From NCBI GenBank assembly GCA_965248195.1, contig CBDFIQ010000002.1:736001-800000 (forward strand): 64,000 nt of DNA, given 5' to 3'. The position numbers were made by a program, and so were the translations under genes. The DNA comes from Longimicrobiales bacterium (lineage in GTDB: Bacteria; Gemmatimonadota; Gemmatimonadetes; Longimicrobiales; Gaopeijiaceae). Below the pieces are notes generated by a model. That model ran no database searches. It had not been told where the DNA came from and saw only the letters and a program-made list of their open reading frames with translations. Shown in pieces: positions 49,232-59,900 of the stretch (its first letter is position 1; each line of letters begins with the position of its first letter).

Positions 49232-51010
49232 TCACCAGCCTACCGCGGCACCGCCTCGGCGCGGATCGGCGGCCGCCTCGAGCGTCCCGTCGGGCATGAC
49301 CATGATGGCCTGAACGTCTCCGGAGATGCCACTGCGTTCCGATAGCGTGTGTCCACGGGCCTCCAAATCCGACACCACCCCGGGGGATAGCCCGCCCTGC
49401 TCGAAACGGATCTGGTCGGGCAGATGCTGATGATGGATCCGGGGCGCGTTCACTGCCTGCACGACGTTCATCCCGTAGTCGACGACATTCATGATCGTCT
49501 GGAAGACGGTCGTGATGATGGTGGCCCCGCCCGGTGTGCCCGTGACGAACAACAGCTCGCCGTCCGGATTCAGGACGACGGTGGGGGTCATGGCGGAAAG
49601 CATCCGTTTGCCTGGGCCCACCGCGTTGTTGGCTCCCTGCACCAGCCCATACTGATTGGGTGTGCCGGGTTTGGCGGTAAAGTCGTCCATCTCGTTGTTG
49701 AGCACGAAACCCGCCCCGGCGACCGTCACCTTACTCCCGAAGAAGGAGTTGAGCGTCGTGGTTACCGCGACAGCGTTGGCGTCGGCGTCGATCACCGAGA
49801 TGTGAGTGGTGTTTTCGCCCTCCGCAGGGGCCCCCAGACCAGGGCCGATTTCGGTCGACGGCGTGGCCCTCTCGGAGATGTCGGCTCCCCGCTCTGCGGC
49901 GTACGCCTTCGACGTCATGCGTTGCAGCGGAATGTCCACGAAATCAGTGTCGGCCAGGTAGGCGTTCCGATCGGCGTACGATCTCTTCCAGGTCTCGGCG
50001 AGTAGATGGACCATCTCCCCCGAGTGCCACGGCAGGTCGCCCAAGTCGTAGGGCTCCAGCATGTTGGCCATCTCCGCCATCGTCGCTCCACCGGACGACG
50101 GCGGCGGCATCGAGAAGATCGTGTGTCGCCGGTACGTGAACTCGATCGGGTCTCGCCACACGGCCCGGTACTCGTCGAGGTCCCGGTGCGTGATGAGTCC
50201 CGCCCCACGCTCCATCTCCGCCACGATCAGGTCAGCCGTTTCCCCGCCGTAGAATCCCTCGGTGCCCTGGTCCCGGATTCGTCGCAACGTGGCCGCCAGC
50301 TCGGGCTGACGGAACGTCTCGCCTAGGTCCACGATCCGACCCCCCGGAAGGTAGATGACAGCGGTCGCTGCGAAGCGCCGCAGGCCCTGCACGGAACCCG
50401 TGATATTTCTACGGAAACGCGGATAGACCTCGAAGCCGTCCGCCAGCGAGGCGGCCGGCTCCACGAGCTCGGCCCACGGCAGCGTGCCGAAGCGGCTGTG
50501 TGCCTCCCACATTCCCATCACGGAACCCGGTACACCCGCGGCCAAATGCCCCACGATCGACTTGTCGGTCACGTTGCCGTCGTCGTCCAGGAACATGTCT
50601 CGCGTGGCCGCCAGCGGGGCCTTCTCGCGGTAGTCGAGCGCGGCTGCCGTGCCGTCGGCCATCCTCACGACCATGAATCCGCCGCCGCCGATGTTGCCGG
50701 CTTGGGGGTTCACCACGGCGAGCGCGAAGGAGACCGCCACAGCGGCGTCCACGGCGTTTCCACCCCGTTCCATGATTCCGGCTCCGATCTCGCTGGCGAC
50801 ACTGTCTGTGGTCACGACCACGGCGTGTTCGGCAGTTACCGGCGCGTCGTCGGCCGAGAATCGCCACGTGTCCGGAAAGACGACTGGGGCTGAGTTTGGT
50901 CGGGCCGGTGTGCAAGCCGCTACCAGTAGGCCGAGACCCAGCAGCGGAAGACCCAGTACCCGAAGACCTAACAGCGGAAGACCCAGCATTGTCTGCGGCA
51001 TGCGAATCAC
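49232..51010 (-). CDS. ggt: Gamma-glutamyltransferase
   Basis: Motifs 'GGNAVDAAVA', 'GNIGGGGF', 'ENTTHISV', 'LNNEMDDF', 'MLSAMTP', 'GTPGGATI'; GTGA overlap with the upstream gene; lipobox 'LVAAC'. Confidence 0.93.
   Translation of the reverse strand: MIRMPQTMLGLPLLGLRVLGLPLLGLGLLVAACTPARPNSAPVVFPDTWRFSADDAPVTAEHAVVVTTDSVASEIGAGIMERGGNAVDAAVAVSFALAVVNPQAGNIGGGGFMVVRMADGTAAALDYREKAPLAATRDMFLDDDGNVTDKSIVGHLAAGVPGSVMGMWEAHSRFGTLPWAELVEPAASLADGFEVYPRFRRNITGSVQGLRRFAATAVIYLPGGRIVDLGETFRQPELAATLRRIRDQGTEGFYGGETADLIVAEMERGAGLITHRDLDEYRAVWRDPIEFTYRRHTIFSMPPPSSGGATMAEMANMLEPYDLGDLPWHSGEMVHLLAETWKRSYADRNAYLADTDFVDIPLQRMTSKAYAAERGADISERATPSTEIGPGLGAPAEGENTTHISVIDADANAVAVTTTLNSFFGSKVTVAGAGFVLNNEMDDFTAKPGTPNQYGLVQGANNAVGPGKRMLSAMTPTVVLNPDGELLFVTGTPGGATIITTVFQTIMNVVDYGMNVVQAVNAPRIHHQHLPDQIRFEQGGLSPGVVSDLEARGHTLSERSGISGDVQAIMVMPDGTLEAAADPRRGGAAVGW
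50920..50990. repeat. 15-bp coding tandem repeat in the ggt signal peptide
   Basis: gacccagcagcggaa / gacccagtacccgaa / gacctaacagcggaa; encodes LGLPL-LGLRV-LGLPL-LGLGL. Confidence 0.75.
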
Positions 51011-52188
51011 CCCATCTCCTCCAGGAGGCGGATGGCGCCCGCCGCCAGCGTAGCGGCCCCGAGCGGGAGGGCCGATTCGTCGATATCGAAGTCGGCTTCG
51101 TGGTGCATGCGCGGCTTGGGGAGGGCCGCCCCCAACCAAAAGAACGTGCCTGGCGCTTCGTGCGCGAGAAAGGAAAAATCCTCTGCCAACGTCATGGGTT
51201 GGATCGGTAGCACGTCGTCCTCTCCGACCAGATCGATCGCCGCGGCGCGCACACACTCCGTCACGCGTTCGTCATTGATCACCGGAAGATAACCAGTACC
51301 CAGTTGGATGGTGACTTCAGCGCCCGAGTCCTCCAGAGCTCCGAACGCCTCGTCCAGACGGCGGTGGAGCCTCTCCCGGACTTCCTCCGAGAAGAATCGC
51401 ATGGTGCCTTCGATCGTGACCAAGTCCGCCAGGACATTGTGGGCCGTGCCCCCGCCAATGCGTCCGAACGAGATGAGTCCATCCTCGACGGGAGAACGGA
51501 TCTCGGGGGCGGCGTCTTGGACCGCGACCACGCCCCGAGATGCCAACACGAGCGCGTCCACTCCGCCTTCGGGGAATCCCGCATGGCTGCTCTTCCCGTG
51601 CACCGCGATGTGGATCTCCGCGGCGCCGGCCATGATGGGGCCCGCCGCAAAGAAGAGCTTCCCACTGGGGAGCGGTGCCCCCAGATGGAGCCCGACTACA
51701 GCGTCGACCCCTTCCATCACTCCCTCGTCCACCATCCGCATCGCGCCACTCTTGCCCTCGTCGTCGGTCGCCTCTTCGGAGGGTTGGAAGACGAAGCGAA
51801 TGGTGCCAGGGGGCAGGCGCCCGGCATCCCTCTCCGCCTCGAGGATTCGGGCCGCTCCGATCAATCCCGCGACGTGTCCATCGTGCCCGCAAGCGTGCAT
51901 GACACCTGCGTTCTGGGAGACGAAGTCGTGGGTATTCGCCTCCTTTATGGGAAGGGCGTCCATGTCGGCGCGAAGTGCGATGAGGGGACCATCACCGTTA
52001 TCGAGCTCCGCGATCACCCCCGTTCGACCGATCCCCGTACGAACGGAAAAGCCGAGGGTCTCCATCTCCCTTGCCGCGATCCCTGCCGTTCGGACCTCTT
52101 GGAACGAAAGCTCCGGATTCTGATGAAGGTCTCTACGGATCGCAGTGAGGTCCGCGGCGAGAGATCGGGCTTGTTCGAGAAGATTCAC
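51007..52188 (-). CDS. M20 (M20D) amidohydrolase
   Basis: Motifs 'RRDLHQNPELSFQE', 'LRADMDALP', 'MHACGHDGH', 'FQPSEE', 'AEDF'; GTG start at 52188. Confidence 0.9.
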   Translation of the reverse strand: MNLLEQARSLAADLTAIRRDLHQNPELSFQEVRTAGIAAREMETLGFSVRTGIGRTGVIAELDNGDGPLIALRADMDALPIKEANTHDFVSQNAGVMHACGHDGHVAGLIGAARILEAERDAGRLPPGTIRFVFQPSEEATDDEGKSGAMRMVDEGVMEGVDAVVGLHLGAPLPSGKLFFAAGPIMAGAAEIHIAVHGKSSHAGFPEGGVDALVLASRGVVAVQDAAPEIRSPVEDGLISFGRIGGGTAHNVLADLVTIEGTMRFFSEEVRERLHRRLDEAFGALEDSGAEVTIQLGTGYLPVINDERVTECVRAAAIDLVGEDDVLPIQPMTLAEDFSFLAHEAPGTFFWLGAALPKPRMHHEADFDIDESALPLGAATLAAGAIRLLEEMG

Positions 52189-52347
52189 GGAGCCTCGGGC
52201 GTGTGGGTCGAAGCGAGCACGGTCCGTCGGACGTGCAAAGTCCTTGGTTGCTGGCAAAAAAACACCAAGATTAGCTTGTCCTAGCGAGAGTATCGCCGCA
52301 ACCCGGGGGGAGTTCCGTATCCCCACACCGAGGGACGAATAGGCCGC

Positions 52348-53262
52348 ATGCTCGATGATCGACTGACGGAGCAGAGAAATCCGCGTTCTTCGGCGATGGA
52401 CGTGTTGTCTCCGCTCGAGCTGGTCGACCTCATAAACCTCGAGGATCGCGCCGTGGCGGAGGCCGTTGGATCCCAGCGGCTCGCCATCGCCCGGGCGATC
52501 GAGTTGGTCGTGGAGGCCTTCCGCAGCGGGGGGCGCATGATCTATGTGGGTGCGGGGACCTCGGGACGGCTGGGTGTTCTGGATGCGGCGGAGATGCCGC
52601 CGACGTTTGGAACCGATCCTGAAATGGTGCAGGGTATCATCGCGGGTGGACGAGAGGCGCTGGTCCGGTCCCAGGAGGGCGCTGAAGATCGTCCGGAGGA
52701 CGGCGCGGCCGAGATCGATCACCTGGCCGTCGATCCGAAAGACTTTGTGCTGGGGATCGCCACCTCGGGCACGACCCCGTTCGTTCATGGCGCTTTGGCC
52801 CGCGCCCGCGAATGCGGTGCGCATACGGGCTTTCTCCTTTGTACACCTCCGGCGCCCGAGCTCCTCGAGACCCACGATGTGGTCATCGCCCCTTTGGTCG
52901 GTCCGGAGGTCGTGACGGGCTCCACCCGCATGAAGGCGGGAACCGCCACCAAGATGGTTCTCAATACGATCACGACCGGCGCGATGGTCATGACCGGAAA
53001 GGTGTTCGGAAATCTCATGGTGGACCTCCAGGCGAAGTGTGAAAAGCTCCAGGATCGCGGCGAGCGCATCCTGATGACGACCCTCGATGTGGACCGAGCC
53101 CGGGCCTCGGAGCTCCTCGAGGCGGCAGGGGGCGGCGTGAAGACCGCGCTCGTCATGGAACGTCGCGGGGTCGGGGTTGCGGAAGCGGGGCGGTTGCTCG
53201 AAGAGGCGGGGGGCGTGCTCGCCCGCGTGATCGGGAGTCTGGATGAGGACCCGTCCGCGTGA
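52348..53262 (+). CDS. murQ: N-acetylmuramic acid 6-phosphate etherase
   Basis: Motifs 'TEQRNP', 'GAGTSGRLGVLDAAE.PPTFG', 'GPEVVTGSTRMKAGTA.K'. Confidence 0.96.
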   Translation: MLDDRLTEQRNPRSSAMDVLSPLELVDLINLEDRAVAEAVGSQRLAIARAIELVVEAFRSGGRMIYVGAGTSGRLGVLDAAEMPPTFGTDPEMVQGIIAGGREALVRSQEGAEDRPEDGAAEIDHLAVDPKDFVLGIATSGTTPFVHGALARARECGAHTGFLLCTPPAPELLETHDVVIAPLVGPEVVTGSTRMKAGTATKMVLNTITTGAMVMTGKVFGNLMVDLQAKCEKLQDRGERILMTTLDVDRARASELLEAAGGGVKTALVMERRGVGVAEAGRLLEEAGGVLARVIGSLDEDPSA

Positions 53263-54461
53263 CACCGGGGGATCTTTTCGTGGGCCTCATGTCGGGCACA
53301 TCCATCGACGGGATCGACGCCGTGCTCGCACGGATCGACGGCGACTCCCGCGGGGCCTTCCGGTGGAGCCTGCTCGCCTTCAACACCACCGCCTACGACG
53401 AGGGTGACAGAAAAGTGATCCTGGAAGCTCTCGAAGACGGCACACCGGAGACGCTGTGCCGGTTGGACGCCTCGCTCGGCGAGTGGTTCGCGTCAGCGGT
53501 TCGGGACGTGTGTGAGGCCGGCGGTGTGGAGACCCGAAATCTCGCGGCCATCGGTTCGCATGGGCAAACCGTGTGGCACATTCCGCCGACCGATGCCGCA
53601 CGCGGAGCCACGCTCCAACTGGGGGACGCGGCTACGCTCGCCGAGCGTACAGGGGCGCCGGTCATAAGCGATTTCAGGAGCCGGGATGTCGCGGCCGGCG
53701 GGCATGGCGCTCCGCTCGTGCCCTGGCTCGATCAACTGTTGTTCTCCGCTGTGGATCGCCGGCGCGCCATCCAGAACCTGGGGGGGATGGCCAACGTTAC
53801 CTGGTTGCCGCCTAGGGGTTCTCAGGAGCCGGTGATCGCGTTCGACACGGGACCGGGTGTGGCCTTGATCGACGGGGCCGTGCGGCGCGCCACCGACGGT
53901 GCCTCGCCGTGCGATCAAAACGGGGCGATGGCGCTCCGGGGGCAAGTGGACGAGTCGCTGCTCACCGTGCTCCTCGAGGACGCATACTTCCGCGCTCCAC
54001 CGCCCAAGTCGACGGGCCGGGAGCATTTCGGAAGGGCACTCCTGGATCGGGTGGCGACTGGCTTGGACCCCGGCGGGGACGAGGATGCGTGGTGTGATCT
54101 CGTCGCCACGCTCACGGCCTTCACCGCCCACTCGATCGCGGAGGCCTATCGAACGTGGGTGCTTCCCATGGGTCTCGATGAGGTTTTCCTGGTCGGGGGT
54201 GGTGCGAATAATCCAGCCTTGGCCCAGGTGATCAAACAGGAGCTCGACAGCGTACCGGTAAAGGACGGCAAGGAGCTGGGCGTCGATCCGGACGCGCGCG
54301 AGGCACTGGCCTTCGCGTTTCTTGCGTGGGCGCATCTCCACGGTATCGCCGGGAACATCCCCTCGGTTACCGGTGCCGAGGCCCCCCGAGTTCTGGGGTC
54401 CCTGACACCCGCCGGCACTATGACATCGGGAGCAGACATGACCGCCGGGGCGCGCAAATGA
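53259..54461 (+). CDS. anmK: Anhydro-N-acetylmuramic acid kinase
   Basis: Motifs 'GLMSGTSIDGID', 'GSHGQTVWH', 'DFRSRDVAAGGHGAPLVP', 'FDTGPG', 'PPKSTGRE'. Confidence 0.96.
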   Translation: MTPGDLFVGLMSGTSIDGIDAVLARIDGDSRGAFRWSLLAFNTTAYDEGDRKVILEALEDGTPETLCRLDASLGEWFASAVRDVCEAGGVETRNLAAIGSHGQTVWHIPPTDAARGATLQLGDAATLAERTGAPVISDFRSRDVAAGGHGAPLVPWLDQLLFSAVDRRRAIQNLGGMANVTWLPPRGSQEPVIAFDTGPGVALIDGAVRRATDGASPCDQNGAMALRGQVDESLLTVLLEDAYFRAPPPKSTGREHFGRALLDRVATGLDPGGDEDAWCDLVATLTAFTAHSIAEAYRTWVLPMGLDEVFLVGGGANNPALAQVIKQELDSVPVKDGKELGVDPDAREALAFAFLAWAHLHGIAGNIPSVTGAEAPRVLGSLTPAGTMTSGADMTAGARK

Positions 54462-54490
54462 CGCCCGGGGCAGGGACATGACGCCGACAG
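54402..54490 (+). repeat. Degenerate 18-20-bp tandem units each starting (c/a)tgac at the anmK/next-gene junction
   Basis: ctgac at 54402; atgac at 54420, 54438, 54458 and 54478. Confidence 0.65.
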
Positions 54491-56169
54491 CCGAGGAGAG
54501 GCCGACCGCATGGTCGATTCCTCCGGCGATGATTCTCGTGGTCGTGGCCCTGGTCCACCTGGCCATCGCGCTCCCGGCTCTGAGCTCCGCGCCCCACAAC
54601 GGCGGGGACAACGCCGGCTACCTGTCTCTGGCCCATTCGTTGGCTTCGGGTTCGGGATACGTCGAGACATGGGATCCCGCCTTGGCGCCGCACACGAAGT
54701 ACCCACCGCTCTACCCCGGGCTGCTCGCCGGGGCCATGGGGCTCGGCGCGGAGGCCTGGCTCACCTTCAAGATTCTGTCGCTGCTGTTGGTGACGGTCAC
54801 GGTGACGCTTTGTTTTGCCTGGGTGCGTGATCGACACGGAGTGTTTTTTGCGTCGGGCGTTGCGCTGGTGCTCGCGTTCTCGCCGGCCTTGCTTTGGTCC
54901 ACCAATTGGATCCTCTCGGATCCGCTCTTCCTGGCGCTGACTCTCGCGTGTCTTTGGAGTTTTCACAGAACGGATCACACCGCCTCGCCTTCGCGATGGA
55001 TTCTGGCCGGGTGCGCTTTTGCGATCCTCTCCACATTCACTCGGACGGCTGGGCTGCCCCTGGTGCTGGCGGTCGGCGCCGCATTCGGTCTCGCCCGCCG
55101 TTGGCGGGCACTCGCGGGTTTCACGGCAGTGTTCGTGGTGCCGAACCTGCTTTGGTGGCTTCGGTCGAGGGCGGGAGGTGAGGCCCAGTACGTATCCGAA
55201 TTCTGGATGATCGATCCGTACCAACCCGATCTGGGCCAAGCTGGCATCGGAGACCTATTGGCTCGAGTGCTCGAAAACCTTCAAGGTTATGTCCTTGTGC
55301 ACATCCCGGCTGGGTTGTCCCCGTGGTCGGGGGGCGCCCTCACGGCGCTGGGCGTGGTGCTGATGGCCACTGCGGTGACCGGGTGGGTCGCTCGGATCCG
55401 CGTGCGCCGGACCGTCGCCGAACTGTTCACGCCTCTGTACTTCGGGCTGATTCTGCTCTGGCCGGCCGTCTGGTCCGGCGATCGGTTCGCGCTACCGCTC
55501 TATCCGCTCGTGCTCTTCTATGCGGGCGAAGCCCTGATCCGCGGAGCGCGGCGTGTAAACCCTCGCCTGCCGCTGGCCGCAGGGGCGGTGGCGCTCGCCG
55601 CGTTGTTGGTGCCCTCCATGCAGGGTTGGGGACAATCTGTGACCCGGGCCACGGCCTGCCGTGAGCTCGTCCGGGTGGCGGGCCCTTTCGCGTGCTACGG
55701 TGAAGGCTTCCAGCAGTTCGTTTCTGCCGTGCGTTGGGTCGGCGAGAATGTTCCTGACGGGTCGGCCGTATTCAGCCGAAAACCCCGCATCTTCTATACA
55801 CTTTCGGGTGTCCGAAGCCGGACGTATCCGCTGAGCGCCGAGCCGGAACGCTTCTTCCGTGAGGCTCGTGAGGTCGGGGTCTCTTACGTCGTGCTCGATC
55901 GGGTGGATCGTTTGGGGGGCGCGTATGTAGGGGCGGTGGTCCGGGATCGTCCGTGGGCCTTCTGCGGGCTCGCCGGCGTGGGCCAGGGAGAGGGCCGTAC
56001 CCAGATTCTGGGGATCGTCGAGGGCGCGGTGGATCCGGGCGGCGGGGCCGTTGCCGCATCGACCGTCACGCTGGCAGCTTGCCCGCAAAGTATGGTACGC
56101 CTGGAGCCCAGACCCCTCCCCGCCTACTCGGCCGCGCGGCTGCCTCTTCTCGCGCTCCCCTCTCCGTAG
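54478..56169 (+). CDS. GT-C fold (ArnT/PMT-like) membrane glycosyltransferase
   Basis: Motifs 'GDNAGYL.LA.SL', 'YPPLYP', 'LSDPLF', 'RFALP'; more than 10 TM segments. Confidence 0.75.
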   Translation: MTPTAEERPTAWSIPPAMILVVVALVHLAIALPALSSAPHNGGDNAGYLSLAHSLASGSGYVETWDPALAPHTKYPPLYPGLLAGAMGLGAEAWLTFKILSLLLVTVTVTLCFAWVRDRHGVFFASGVALVLAFSPALLWSTNWILSDPLFLALTLACLWSFHRTDHTASPSRWILAGCAFAILSTFTRTAGLPLVLAVGAAFGLARRWRALAGFTAVFVVPNLLWWLRSRAGGEAQYVSEFWMIDPYQPDLGQAGIGDLLARVLENLQGYVLVHIPAGLSPWSGGALTALGVVLMATAVTGWVARIRVRRTVAELFTPLYFGLILLWPAVWSGDRFALPLYPLVLFYAGEALIRGARRVNPRLPLAAGAVALAALLVPSMQGWGQSVTRATACRELVRVAGPFACYGEGFQQFVSAVRWVGENVPDGSAVFSRKPRIFYTLSGVRSRTYPLSAEPERFFREAREVGVSYVVLDRVDRLGGAYVGAVVRDRPWAFCGLAGVGQGEGRTQILGIVEGAVDPGGGAVAASTVTLAACPQSMVRLEPRPLPAYSAARLPLLALPSP

Positions 56170-56831
56170 AGTAGCCCGAGCGTGACCCCGAACGCGACGT
56201 GGTCGGCCATGGACCCGGCCCCGGACCCGGCCCCAAAAACGCGCGGGCCAAGTAGCGCTGCCACGATCGGCATGGTCCGATGAGGGCCGGAAGCACCGAG
56301 GATGCCGTCGAGCCCGCCGAATGGGGATGTCATGTACTCCATGACGCCGAACGTGGCCCCGCGAAGCAGTGGCGATCCGGGGAGCCGGGGTTCGAGAACG
56401 GCCCCATAGAGCATGCCACGGGCGGCTCCCGTGAGGAGTTCGGCGGTCGGGTCGTAGGGGCTCTGTCCAACCCCCGGCTTCCCGTTTTTTCCGTTCCGAA
56501 ACAGGCTGAGCGCCAGAGCTGCGCCCGCTCCCGCCACGGCGGCACGCGTCAGGCGCAACCCTCCGGGCCGCCGCCCGGCCACGATCGAGACCAGCCGATC
56601 GCCGAGCATGCCGGTGCCGGTTGCGATGAGTTGATCCACGGTCGACGAGACGGGCCTGCGCTCGGCGGACCTACCTTTTCCCGCGGGTGGACCCTTCTTG
56701 GCGGACCGGACTTTCCCGGCGGACCGGACTCCCTGGGCCGACCGGGCTCCCTGGGCCGACCGGGCTCCGAGGCGGGCCGACTCGAGCGCATAACCCACGT
56801 GGTACCAGATGCTTTTCGACGGTTCGCGCAT
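56124..56831 (-). CDS. Hypothetical membrane-associated protein
   Basis: ORF with hydrophobic C-terminal segments and an internal basic repeat; ATG at 56831 inferred. Confidence 0.55.
   Translation of the reverse strand: MREPSKSIWYHVGYALESARLGARSAQGARSAQGVRSAGKVRSAKKGPPAGKGRSAERRPVSSTVDQLIATGTGMLGDRLVSIVAGRRPGGLRLTRAAVAGAGAALALSLFRNGKNGKPGVGQSPYDPTAELLTGAARGMLYGAVLEPRLPGSPLLRGATFGVMEYMTSPFGGLDGILGASGPHRTMPIVAALLGPRVFGAGSGAGSMADHVAFGVTLGLLYGEGSARRGSRAAE
56664..56771. repeat. 18-bp coding tandem repeat x6 with graded divergence
   Basis: ggccgaccgggctccctg-type units encoding GARSAQ/GARSAQ/GVRSAG/KVRSAK/KGPPAG/KGRSAE. Confidence 0.85.
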
Positions 56832-56920
56832 GCCTTCGATCACTCGGAAACTCCAGTGGGTGGTCCAACGCTTCGAAGGGTGAGGATGATGCACGCGTTT
56901 GACAAGGTCAGCGAGGGAAG

Positions 56921-59900
56921 ATGCGCCGGAGCGCTTTGATCCTGTTGTGTTTCTTGACCGCCGGTGTGGCGGGTGCGCTGCGGCCAGCATCGGGACAGGT
57001 GCCGCCCGACGAGTCCTGGCGAAGCCTCGAGACCAGTCACTTCCGGGTCACGTTCCCGGAGGGCATGGACCCCCTGGCGCGAAGGGCGGCGTTTCAGGCC
57101 GAGCGGGCGTTCGAGGCGCTCAGCGAGGTCTTTCTCGATCCGCCGGGCGGGCTCATCGAGCTCCTTCTCACGGACCACACCGAAACGAGCAACGGCTTCG
57201 CCACGGCGGTCCCCTTCAACCGGATCATCGTGTACGTACGTCCGCCGATGGAGGGAGGCGGGCTCTCCCACTTCGACGAGTGGATGGAAGTCGTCATCAA
57301 GCATGAGCTCGTCCACGTCTTCCAGTTGGACTACACGGGGCCCCTCGGATCCCTGATCCGAAGTGTATTCGGTCGTTGGGAAGACGGGTGGCCGACCTTT
57401 CCCAGCTTTGATCTTCCGCGCTGGACGACCGAGGGTTTGGCGACCTATTACGAGTCGTCTCTCACAAAGTCAGGCCGGGTGCGCGGGAGTTATCTCGACA
57501 TGGTTCTCCGCACCGCAGTGTTGGAGGACGGTCTCGAGAGCTTGGACCAGATCACGGGAAGTTCACCGAATTGGCCAGCGGGAGACCGGGTCTACGTGTA
57601 CGGCGCAACGTTCTTTGACCATCTGAGTGAGACGTATGGGGAGGAGCGCCTGGGCGCGTTCGCCGACGCAATCGCACGCCAGTGGATTCCGTACCGAGTG
57701 AATGCGGGGGCGAAGGATGCATTCGGAGTCAGTTTTTCCGACCTGTGGGAGCGTTGGCGAACGGATCTGGAGGTCCGGTTCCGGGCCTTGGCCGATTCAT
57801 TGGCCGCGGCCGCTCCACTTACCGCAGGCGAGCCTCTCGCAGCCGAGGGGCGACGGGCTCTCTTCCCGTCTGTCTCGCCGGACGGAACACGGTTGGCCTT
57901 TGCACGCTCGGACGGACGAACGGACACCCAGATGCGCGTGGGCGATCCGGACGGCTCGAACGACCGTAAGTTATTACGATTGAGTAACTTGTCTGACTTT
58001 GCCTGGCTTCCGGATGGCTCTCTGGTGGTGTCCGAGGTAGAGTTCACCGATCCGTTTCGGCTCCAATCTGATCTGTTCCGTGTCGGCGCTGATGGCCGAA
58101 AGCGCCGGATCACGCGGGGCGCTCGGGTGGATCAGCCGACGCCCTCGCCTGACGGCCGGACGGTGGTGGCCGTTCAGTCCATGGGTGGCACGAACCGGTT
58201 GGTCCAGGTGGACCTCGAAACCGGTGAAATTCTGGCGCTCACCCCGTTTCTCGCGGATGTGCATTGGGCCTTTCCTGCCTGGTCCCCTGACGGCCGCTGG
58301 ATCGCCGCTTCCCGGTGGACCCCGGGGGCCCTCTACGATGTGGTGGTGATGGACCCAGAAGGGCGAATCGTCAGTCGAATCACGAACGTGCGGTCCGTGG
58401 ATCAGGCCCCCACCTGGTCTCCGGATGGGCGGTGGCTCTTGTGGGCGTCGGACCGCAGCGGTATCCCCAACATCTATGCCAGGGAGATCGATCCTGCGTC
58501 CGCGGCGCCGGGGCCCTTGAGGCAGGTGACGAACGTGCTGGGCGGGACGGCCTACCCGTCGGTCGGCCCCGAGGGCCGATGGATCTATTTTTCCAGTTAT
58601 CACAAGATCGGCTGGACCATCGAGCGGGTCCCATTCGATCCCGCAACGTGGTTCGATCCGCTCCCCATGAAGCCCGGATTTGCTCCGGGAGAGGGGCCGG
58701 AGGACGATCCCGAGAGCGCCCCGCTCGTGGGAGAAGTGGGGCCATACCGTGCGTCTTCTACGCTACGGCCCTACTTCTGGGGGCCTACGTATACGTCTAG
58801 CCTGAATCGGCCGGATCGGATAGGCGGGCCCATCAACACGGAGGTTCTGGGCCCAGCGCTCGGAGTACGCACCACCGGGGGCGATTTGGTCGGACGGCAC
58901 CGGTACGGAGTCGTGGCTCGGGTCCGAACGGATGGGCGGACCGACGCGGCCGTCAGCTATACCTACTCGGGCCTTGGAAACCCTCTTCTGGGTCTTTCCG
59001 CATCGCAGGATCACGGCGTCGACGGGCCCTTCGACATCGTGTCACCGTCCGGTGCCAACACCATGCTATTTGTGGCCGAAAAGGAGCGGTCCATCAGGGC
59101 CTCCAGTACCCTACGGCGTCAACGGGTTCGAAATCGCACGTCGCTGTCCTTCGCTGTGGCCCACATCTGGGAGGATCGCGAGCACCTGGAGACCGATCTC
59201 GAGCCCAGCGTGATTTCGGTTGTTCGTCCGCGCCGGCGGCTGGGCGAGGCCCAGGTGGGCGCCTCGTTCAACACGGCCCGGGCTTTCCCGTTTTCGACGA
59301 GCGCCGAGGCGGGTGTGCTGGCGAGGGTACGGGGGAGGACACGGCACGAGCTGTCGCTCTCGGACACCCTCCGTGGCTCGACGGGTTTCGACCGATCCTT
59401 CAATGAGGCGACCGGGGTCGTGCGGGCGTACCAGTCGGTTTCGGGGCCCGGCTTCTCCAATCACGTTCTCGCGGCGCGGGCATCCTTGGGTGTTGCCGAG
59501 GGGCCGGGGGCCGACGCCTTTCACTTCTCTGTCGGTGGAGCACAGGGACGACCGGAGAGTCTTACGGGGGCAGAGCTTTTCGGAGGCTCCCGACTGTTTT
59601 TCCCAGTTCGGGGATATTCCGAGGGCCGCCGCACCGGGAGATACGCCTGGTCGGTGTCCGGGGAGTACCGCTTCCCACTCTTCAACGTCCACCGGGGGAT
59701 CGGCCTCGTACCCGTACACATGGATCGAGTGAGTGGCGCCCTCTTCTTCGACGCGGGGAACGCATGGGGTGGCGTAGGTCCAGGCGCTGGTAGCCCCCAA
59801 AATCCGAGACGCAACGCGGTGGCGTCGGTGGGCGCCGAGCTTCAGAGTTCGATCACGGCCCTGTTTTCGACGCGCATGTTCTTTCGGCTTGGGGCGGCCC

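Noticed and set aside
52189..53265. 752-aa minus-strand ORF as a long amidohydrolase fusion
   Set aside because: The extension is antisense to murQ; M20 motifs begin only at about 52188.
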